Of a DNA stretch of 11,771 bases, positions 1 through 6,367 are shown piece by piece. The stretch comes from Chlamydiales bacterium. GTDB lineage: Bacteria; Chlamydiota; Chlamydiia; Chlamydiales; JBDQID01. The position numbers were made by a program, and so were the translations under genes. The stretch covers positions 1-11,771 of the forward strand of contig JBLFWS010000105.1 of the NCBI GenBank assembly GCA_047611865.1, written 5' to 3'. Under the pieces are notes generated by a model. The model had not been told where the DNA came from. It was given only the letters and a program-made list of their open reading frames with translations, and searched no databases. How positions within the stretch are numbered: the first letter of the stretch is position 1; each line of letters starts with the position of its first letter.

Positions 1-311
1 ATTTGTTCAGGGAGTAAAGAAGGGTTGATGGTATGACAGACCGCTTCGCTACAGGAGACTCCATAATACAATTCAAAGTGTCGGTAATCCGTCCATGCTA
101 ATGTGGCAACTCTATCCCCTGATCTCACACCTACACTGGATAATGCATTGGCTAATTTTCGTACTCGGCGAAAGGCTTCGGCATAGGTATAGCGATGTAA
201 TGGATTGTCCCGAGTAACAGAGACTATTTCACTATCCGAATATACCTTTTCGGCAAATTCCATAATTGATGTAAGCGTTAATTGAGTGTTCATCATTTGC
301 CCTGCTAACAT
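1..311 (-). CDS. Fatty-acid/acyl-CoA ligase, AlkK/DmdB-like (ANL adenylate-forming superfamily); N-terminal part only, runs off the window edge
   Basis: Manual translation from ATG at 311 gives MLAGQMMNTQLTLTSIMEFAEKVYSDSEIVSVTRDNPLHRYTYAEAFRRVRKLANALSSVGVRSGDRVATLAWTDYRHFELYYGVSCSEAVCHTINPSLLPEQ, open to base 1. GDRVATLAW..RH.E.YY and CHTINP are signatures of AlkK/DmdB-type ligases. GAGGA RBS at 316-320 (minus). Not in the ORF track because it is truncated. Confidence 0.9.
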   Translation of the reverse strand, partial: MLAGQMMNTQLTLTSIMEFAEKVYSDSEIVSVTRDNPLHRYTYAEAFRRVRKLANALSSVGVRSGDRVATLAWTDYRHFELYYGVSCSEAVCHTINPSLLPEQ

Positions 312-536
312 ATCATCCTCATAAGTCGTTTAAAAATTTTCCAATGCTTTTAACAGAACAAACTAATCTTGTAATCTATATTTTATGTCCTCCATAAGAT
401 GTGAATGAGATAAAGCTCTCCCTTGTAGTAGGAGTGGTCCTAGAACTCAGTTAAAGTAAGAGTTTTTTGCACAAATAGATATTGCTGTTTTACAGCTCAT
501 TCTGGCAAAATTTAGCTAGGAAGGTGGTGTTTTGCA

Positions 537-699
537 TATACCGACCTTGTGTCAAATTTGTGAATCGTAAACTGGGGATTTTCCTGAATGACTAAGTGTG
601 GAGATCTCAATAAACATAGGTATGTTATTGAGATCGAACACGACGCCATACTGAAAAAGACCAACTCACAATTCACAATTTTGACACAAGATCGGTATA
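537..699. mobile_element. MITE-like / palindromic repeat element (~163 bp) with 39-bp terminal inverted repeats and a central hairpin
   Basis: 537-575 TATACCGACCTTGTGTCAAATTTGTGAATCGTAAACTGG matches the reverse complement of 661-699 (TATACCGATCTTGTGTCAAAATTGTGAATTGTGAGTTGG) at 33/39. Both ends are TA. A second inverted repeat (603-635) sits at the centre. No credible coding capacity. Confidence 0.65.
603..635. repeat. Central inverted repeat/hairpin of the palindromic element
   Basis: GATCTCAATAA (603-613) is the exact reverse complement of TTATTGAGATC (625-635). The inner CATA/TATG pairing continues after a 1-nt bulge. Confidence 0.85.
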
Positions 700-718
700 A
701 CGCCACAAAAAATTATCA

Positions 719-742
719 ATGACAATTTACATGACAAATCTA
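719..742. promoter_or_regulatory. Tandem direct repeat ATGACAA-N5-ATGACAA upstream of the gshB-like gene; possible transcription-factor site
   Basis: ATGACAAtttac ATGACAAatcta has a 12-bp period, with a partial third copy ATGATC at 743. It reads TTGTCAT on the minus strand. It lies just upstream of the RBS AGGGAG (755-760). Confidence 0.3.
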
Positions 743-764
743 ATGATCTATTTTAGGGAGAAAT

Positions 765-1790
765 ATGAATATCTGCTTCATTATAAACGACTGGGAAGAG
801 TTTGACCCTGAAACGGATTCATCTTTAAGGATTATTCATGAGGCCGTAAGAAGAGAGCATGTCGTTGGAATTTTATATGCAAAAAACCTAACCGTTAGAA
901 ATAACGTCGTTTGTGGTTTTGTTAACATTATAGACTGTAAACAACCCGTAAATGAAAATGTAAGCATTTTTCACAAAAGAATGAAATTCAAGTCCCATCT
1001 ACTACCTTTGAGGGGCTTTGACACCATATTCCTTTCTAAAAACCCTCCTTTAGATTGGTTGATGGTAAACTTCCTTGATTCTCTTAAAAAAGACGTTTTT
1101 ATTGTTAACGATATCGATGGGATCCGAAAAGCGAACAATAAACTTTACACAACGACTTTTGAAGACTCTAATCAATTTATTCCAGAAACTCATGTTTCCA
1201 AAAACATAAAATATCTCGTCGATACGATTAAAGAATCCGATAAGAGCAAGTGGATACTCAAGCCATTGGTAGGTTTTGGTGGGCAAGGGGTTATCGTCTT
1301 AGAGAAAAAAGCTATGCAAAATATTCGTTCTCTACTGGAGTTCTATATCGACGGAGGAGATCGCAAAAACTACGTCATCCTGCAAGAATATGTTGATGGT
1401 GCTGAGGAAGGTGACGTTCGAGTCTTACTTCTGGGAGGGGAACCCATTGGTGCTATGCGCCGAGTTCCGGGAGAAGACGACCCACGTTCTAATATAAAAG
1501 CAGGTGGAAAAGCTATTAAACATACTCTCTCTAAACAAGAAATTTTGTTATGTAAGCATATTGGCCCCAAGCTCGTATCCGATGGTATCTATTTTGCCGG
1601 TTTGGATCTCATTAAAGGCAAGCTCCTTGAAGTGAATGTTCTCAGTCCTGGAGGAATAACTAGAATCAATCGCTTTAACCGATGCAAACTACAGCGTAAA
1701 GTACTTGATTACATAGAAGGTCACTTCCGAAAAGTGGATATATCGACTAAACAAAAAGCTGAATTCCGAAACTTGGTAATGAATGCTTAA
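765..1790 (+). CDS. gshB: Glutathione synthetase-like ATP-grasp ligase (prokaryotic GshB family, divergent subgroup)
   Basis: GshB motifs are present in order: DSSLRIIHEAVRR, KNPPLD, N.K in ANNKLY, PETHVS, ILKPLVGFGGQGV, ILQEY, GDVRVLLLGGEP, RRVP...DPRSNIKAGG, IGPKL...G..FAGLD, LLEVNVLSPGG. RBS AGGGAG lies 4 nt before the ATG. The actual substrate is not established. Confidence 0.85.
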   Translation: MNICFIINDWEEFDPETDSSLRIIHEAVRREHVVGILYAKNLTVRNNVVCGFVNIIDCKQPVNENVSIFHKRMKFKSHLLPLRGFDTIFLSKNPPLDWLMVNFLDSLKKDVFIVNDIDGIRKANNKLYTTTFEDSNQFIPETHVSKNIKYLVDTIKESDKSKWILKPLVGFGGQGVIVLEKKAMQNIRSLLEFYIDGGDRKNYVILQEYVDGAEEGDVRVLLLGGEPIGAMRRVPGEDDPRSNIKAGGKAIKHTLSKQEILLCKHIGPKLVSDGIYFAGLDLIKGKLLEVNVLSPGGITRINRFNRCKLQRKVLDYIEGHFRKVDISTKQKAEFRNLVMNA

Positions 1791-3783
1791 TTTATCCGTC
1801 GATGAAATTATTAAAAAGATCAGAAAGAAAGAGAGCTTTTCCGCTTTTTCGAAAGACGGTTCTTTCTCTATATCCATAGAAGAATATTCACCTTATATCT
1901 GCTCAGCCATACATCAGGGCTCCCAATTCCGCCCTGACTTGCTTCCTAAGATAGCCTTATCGAAGTTTGAAAGATGGCAAGAAGAGGACCCTCATACTGA
2001 AGATTTCATCTTACCTCTTCCAATACGAATTGTAGGTCTAGACTCAAGGTACGAATATGACCTTAATCGCAAACCCGCGGATTGTATTTATGACGTCGCT
2101 TGGGGAAAGAATGTCTGGGAGCAGCCCCCTTCGAAAAAGGATAAAGAACTTTCCTTACATAAACACAGCGAATTTTATCGAGTAATTGAAGTTCTCGTTG
2201 ACGTTATCGAGAAAATGTTCGGAGCCTGTATCGTCTACGATATCCATTCATACAACTACAAACGGATTAAAGATGTTAAGCCCCCTTTGTTTAACATTGG
2301 CTCTAAGAAAATAGACCAAAAGAAGTTTGGCCCTTTTGTAGAATCCTGGAAAGACCAATTATCCAAGATCGAAATTAACAATGTCGTAAATGAAACAGCA
2401 ATAAACAAAGTATTCAATGGAAATGGCTACTTCTTAGACTTCATTTCTTCAAGATTTAAAAACACCTTGGTTCTTGCGACTGAGGTCAAGAAAATCTATG
2501 TAGATGAGACTACAGGTGATATTTTCCCTGAAGTGATTAACGATATCCGTCTCGGATTAAAGAATGCTATCATTTCTCACGCCTCCGATTTCCTCGACAG
2601 ATACTCTAAAACAAAGTACCAGAAAAAACACGACCTCTTAAGTTCTGAACTAGATGAAGTTACAAAGTCCGTAGACTATTCGATTTTTAAACTTCTTCAA
2701 AATATCAGCTTCCTGGAATTCATAAATCCCAAAAACATAGAAACGGAAAAAAATTCTTTTTTTTCCTCTAATTTTAGAAAGGCTCCTAATTTTAAATATA
2801 GGCCAATTGATATTGATGTTCCTGAGTTAAAAAGAAAGCTGTACAGCTTGCCCATTCAGGATATTCCAGATCCTACCTTCCAAAAAATGTACCAAGAGAC
2901 TATTGATGGGCAGACTGAACAATTGGAAATGCTTTCTTTACGAGGAGACAACAAGTTTTTGTATTCTTCCTTGAAGTATTTTGGTGAACCAGAAAACATT
3001 GATATCTTAAATGCTAAGTTCATTCTCCATTGCAATAAGTTCAATTTCAATGATCAAGATTACGAGACAATGGATGCAAATGAGGTTGCTGATGAAGTAC
3101 GTCAGGTAATCAAAAAATACGGTTTTCGTTGCCAGGTTGAAATTTCTAAAAGGATCCCCAGCCGAGCTCTTTTTTCTCCAACAAAGCGAACCCTAAAAAT
3201 TAAAAGTGGTGAAACCTTTACTCGCTTATCCGCCAAAGCCTTAGGCCACCACGAAATTGGCGTTCATATGCTGACAACAGCAAATGCTATAAAGCAGCCA
3301 CTAAAAATACTAAGGGTAGGATTGCCCGTCAACACTTTGACTCAAGAAGGGCTGGCTATTTTAAGTGAGTACCTTTCAGGAACCTTAAATATTGAAAGAA
3401 TAAAAATGCTCGCCTATAGGGTACTTGCAGTAGAGCATATGATAAAGTATCAGAATTTCAACGAAACCTTTCTCTACCTTCTTGATGAATGTAAGTTAAA
3501 CCAGGACGATGCTTATTACTTATGCGTAAGAGTATATCGAAGTGGAGGATTCACAAAAGATTATCTTTATCTCCGAGGGTTTCGCATGATTATGGACTAC
3601 TATAAATCAGGAAAATCTCTAGATAATCTCCTACTAGGAAAAACAGCCTTGCCTTACCTGCCTGTTCTTGACGAATTGGTAAATCGTGGAATTTTGAAAC
3701 CTCCAGAATATATAACAGACTGTTTTCAAAAACCCGTTGAGGTTGACCCTGTTATGGCCTACATCGTTGACTGCCTTAAGTAA
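1783..3783 (+). CDS. Fusion: N-terminal N-formylglutamate amidohydrolase-like domain plus C-terminal DUF1704 / 'QEGLA motif' (MATCAP-like) zinc metallopeptidase domain
   Basis: The N-terminal ~35-265 aa carry FGase-family motifs SAIHQG, EEDPHT, SRYEYDLNR and YDIHSY. The C-terminal half has HEIGVH (3250-3267, HExxxH), QEGLA (3343-3357) and RVYRSGGFTKDYLYLRG. It overlaps the upstream gene by 8 bp (ATGCTTAA). Confidence 0.85.
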   Translation: MLNLSVDEIIKKIRKKESFSAFSKDGSFSISIEEYSPYICSAIHQGSQFRPDLLPKIALSKFERWQEEDPHTEDFILPLPIRIVGLDSRYEYDLNRKPADCIYDVAWGKNVWEQPPSKKDKELSLHKHSEFYRVIEVLVDVIEKMFGACIVYDIHSYNYKRIKDVKPPLFNIGSKKIDQKKFGPFVESWKDQLSKIEINNVVNETAINKVFNGNGYFLDFISSRFKNTLVLATEVKKIYVDETTGDIFPEVINDIRLGLKNAIISHASDFLDRYSKTKYQKKHDLLSSELDEVTKSVDYSIFKLLQNISFLEFINPKNIETEKNSFFSSNFRKAPNFKYRPIDIDVPELKRKLYSLPIQDIPDPTFQKMYQETIDGQTEQLEMLSLRGDNKFLYSSLKYFGEPENIDILNAKFILHCNKFNFNDQDYETMDANEVADEVRQVIKKYGFRCQVEISKRIPSRALFSPTKRTLKIKSGETFTRLSAKALGHHEIGVHMLTTANAIKQPLKILRVGLPVNTLTQEGLAILSEYLSGTLNIERIKMLAYRVLAVEHMIKYQNFNETFLYLLDECKLNQDDAYYLCVRVYRSGGFTKDYLYLRGFRMIMDYYKSGKSLDNLLLGKTALPYLPVLDELVNRGILKPPEYITDCFQKPVEVDPVMAYIVDCLK

Positions 3784-3793
3784 AAGTTATTTA

Positions 3794-3827
3794 GTAACGG
3801 AGGGGAGTTTACACTCCTTTCTGTTAC
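3794..3827 (+). terminator. Stable stem-loop 10 nt after the operon stop; probable terminator or 3' stabiliser
   Basis: GTAACGGAGGGGAGT-TTAC-ACTCCTTTCTGTTAC forms a 15-bp stem with 3 G:U pairs and a 4-nt loop. There is no canonical U-tract directly downstream. Confidence 0.6.
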
Positions 3828-3961
3828 CATCTGATAAAAATAGATGGTGCCTTCTCTGAACTGCCATATCTAACAACGGCCCTATTAAAGTTCCCTTTCC
3901 TTTCTTCCGATAATCCATCTACTTACACTTGCCTCATATAAAGTCAGATGGAGAATTATCA

Positions 3962-5605
3962 TTGAGTGATCCAATTTTACCAGATTCTGCTGCCCTCCCT
4001 CCTGAAGAACCATCTTTTTATTCTAATTCAGCAGAAAAAGATAAAACCGATAGCCATCTATCTCCAGCACATATTATTTGTACTCAGATTTATCAGAAAT
4101 GTTTAGCAGCTAATCACCATAAGCCTAAACCTTTACCTTTAGATTATCGCATTAAGGCAGGTCCAATAGAAGGCTCCAAATATGAGCGGCATACTGCATC
4201 ACTTATGCTCGCTCTTTCTACTGATACAGACACGAGTAAAATACTGGAAAATCTATCTACTCAAGAAAAAGAGTCTTTAACTACTCAGATGACTAACGTA
4301 TGTGCCTTTATTGAAAAGATGAAAGAAAAAGGTGAACTAAAACCTGGGAAATACAAGAGAGGGAGTCATCCCGATCCTCAGATCCCCGGCAAGACTACTT
4401 TCCTGGACTTTGGAGTCACTGTAGGAAAAGACGAGAGTGTTTACATTAGCTTGCCCAGCAAAGCAAGCCCTGCCTCTCCTACCTCCCCTGTTATAGGAAA
4501 AAAACTGGGAGCAGGTTTTAGCAAAGTAGCCAAAACCATCTTAAATTATAATTCTGCCACGGTAGACGCCAAGACCGTAGAAAAAAAAGTAAATAGTGAT
4601 GAAGTCAAAAGGTACGAAATTCTCCACAACCTCGAAGGAGGAGAGCGTTATAAAAAGTTTTTCAAGACCCATGCAAGTTACCCTTCGTCTCACACTAAGC
4701 AAATCATGGTTTTTAAAAAAGCCATAGGGAGAATGAACACTGTTTTTCATGGGCTTTCTTCAGAAGAAAAACAACAGGCTATATTAGGCCTGATGGAAAA
4801 TTTCTCTTGGCTACAAGAGCAGGGAATTTGCCACGGTGACCTCAAAGAAGATCAAATCCTTCTGCACCGAAATGAACAAGGAGAGATTGAGGTTGTAATC
4901 ATTGATCTCGGAGCATCGATAAAGAGAACAGCTGATGGAAAACTCGATCCAGATTGGCCTCACTCTGATACAACAGGAGCTTTCCAAGCACCTGAACACA
5001 ACCCGATTTTCCCCTCAGAAGTTTCTGAAAGCAAGGTTTCTCTGGCTTCAGAAAAATTCACTTTTGCTCTGATGCTTCTGAGGATCTACGGCCAAAAGCC
5101 TAATCCGACGCGCAATCAAATACCGGCCCAAAGGTTTGGGAGGTCATTTTCGAATTACTCATCATTTATAGGCAGACTCGGTATACCTTATGAAACTTTT
5201 AGCTATCTCGTAGAATGCCAACATATATTGAAGAAAGAAGCTCATGAGCTTTCCAATCAAGAAGAAGAAATGCGCATGCAGATTTTAGAAGATCAATTAG
5301 AAGAAAACCCAGGAAATTTATCTTCTGAAGAGAGGCAAGAAATTCTACAGCAGATCAAAAATCAGGTGGATCAGGAGCTAGAAAATGTATCTCTTGCTAT
5401 CGATGAATGTAATAGTCATATCTATGAGGATAGAAATGACATGGGCAGCTTATTTGATAACTTTGCATATGAGGCCAAAAAGGATCCATTCCTCAACATA
5501 ATCAAAGATCTGCTTCGGAAAGACCCTAATGCTCGACCCGATATGTCTACAGTAATTGAACAGTTCAAGACTCTTATGCAAGCTAACGCTAATCTTGAAC
5601 TGTGA
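3962..5605 (+). CDS. Atypical eukaryote-like (Hanks-type) Ser/Thr protein kinase domain protein; putative secreted effector
   Basis: Gly-loop LGAGFSKV (4505-4528), candidate beta3 Lys in VDAKT, catalytic loop HGDLKEDQILL (from 4832), DLG (4904-4912), APE (4988-4996) and C-terminal LLRKDPNARP. The start is uncertain: the ORF track uses TTG 3929, but the in-frame TTG at 3962 has GGAG (3950-3953) 8 nt upstream and gives MSDPILP... Confidence 0.8.
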   Translation: MSDPILPDSAALPPEEPSFYSNSAEKDKTDSHLSPAHIICTQIYQKCLAANHHKPKPLPLDYRIKAGPIEGSKYERHTASLMLALSTDTDTSKILENLSTQEKESLTTQMTNVCAFIEKMKEKGELKPGKYKRGSHPDPQIPGKTTFLDFGVTVGKDESVYISLPSKASPASPTSPVIGKKLGAGFSKVAKTILNYNSATVDAKTVEKKVNSDEVKRYEILHNLEGGERYKKFFKTHASYPSSHTKQIMVFKKAIGRMNTVFHGLSSEEKQQAILGLMENFSWLQEQGICHGDLKEDQILLHRNEQGEIEVVIIDLGASIKRTADGKLDPDWPHSDTTGAFQAPEHNPIFPSEVSESKVSLASEKFTFALMLLRIYGQKPNPTRNQIPAQRFGRSFSNYSSFIGRLGIPYETFSYLVECQHILKKEAHELSNQEEEMRMQILEDQLEENPGNLSSEERQEILQQIKNQVDQELENVSLAIDECNSHIYEDRNDMGSLFDNFAYEAKKDPFLNIIKDLLRKDPNARPDMSTVIEQFKTLMQANANLEL

Positions 5606-5637
5606 TCTAAGTCCCAGGTTTTCTAAGTAAAAATTCT

Positions 5638-6363
5638 TCATAGATAGAAGTGATAGAAATACTCCACTGAAGAGACCGAGTAGCCATTTTTTTTATAGAG
5701 ATTACAGGCGGGAATATTGTTTTTCTGTGTCACAACTACCCCCATCTCGTATCCATTTTTGATAAACCAGCCCTGTGCAGCTCGCACCAGAGTTTCTCCG
5801 TATTTTTTTCCCCTGTACTGAACGTCAACGGCTAATAAGTCAATACTCCCTTTTCCATTTTTATTTCCAAGAGTCACCATACCCGCGATGCTGCCCTTAT
5901 CTCGAATAACAAAAACCTCATCTGCAATTTCTTTGCTTAGGGATTTTCGTATCCAGGATTTATAGAGAGCTTCAAATTTCTCCCTTCCTATATTTTGGTC
6001 TACTGAAAAACGAGAATATTCACCACTTTGGATGGCAAGTTTTTCTAATTCACTTGCATCCATTGATGCCTCGTACTTTTCTATGAGGTCCGATAATGCA
6101 TAATGGCTAGGATTCAAGTTCTGTAAGTTTATTTCAAAGCTTGTTCTTCTATCTACAAGCTGACCATTAATACTTTGTATTACATCGAGTGAAACTTCTT
6201 TGTCTGCTGGCCAATAAACCAGCTTTACGTTTTCCCTATCCAAATCTGAAAGAACATTCCTTAACTGCTCCAGAGATAAATTTGGGATTAGAATTTTGGC
6301 TACTTTTACTCCAAAAAAATCCGTATCCCAATCAAGTATTAGATATTCCATAGATCGCTTCAA
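5638..6363 (-). CDS. wecD: GNAT acetyltransferase, WecD/RffC (dTDP-4-amino-4,6-dideoxy-hexose N-acetyltransferase)-like
   Basis: N-terminal LDWDTDFFG, SRF..D, LYKSWIRKS, acetyl-CoA motif LLAVDVQYRGKKYG, and V.TQKNNIPACNLYKKNGY are typical of WecD-like proteins. Starts at TTG 6363 (4 nt after the upstream stop) or at ATG 6351. Confidence 0.8.
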   Translation of the reverse strand: MKRSMEYLILDWDTDFFGVKVAKILIPNLSLEQLRNVLSDLDRENVKLVYWPADKEVSLDVIQSINGQLVDRRTSFEINLQNLNPSHYALSDLIEKYEASMDASELEKLAIQSGEYSRFSVDQNIGREKFEALYKSWIRKSLSKEIADEVFVIRDKGSIAGMVTLGNKNGKGSIDLLAVDVQYRGKKYGETLVRAAQGWFIKNGYEMGVVVTQKNNIPACNLYKKNGYSVSSVEYFYHFYL

Positions 6364-6367
6364 ACCC

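Noticed and set aside
681..701. TTGACA...TATAAC as a promoter for the gshB-like gene
   Set aside because: The spacer is only 9 nt, which is incompatible with sigma70 geometry.
512..706. 64-aa minus-strand ORF
   Set aside because: It coincides with the palindromic element, has a GTG start with no RBS and no recognisable motif; probably incidental.
3841..3890. GATGGTG...AACTGCC...GGC resembling the 5' half of a fluoride (crcB) riboswitch
   Set aside because: It lacks the 3' TAATGAC...CTAC pseudoknot segment and the P1 pairing, and the downstream gene is not fluoride-related.
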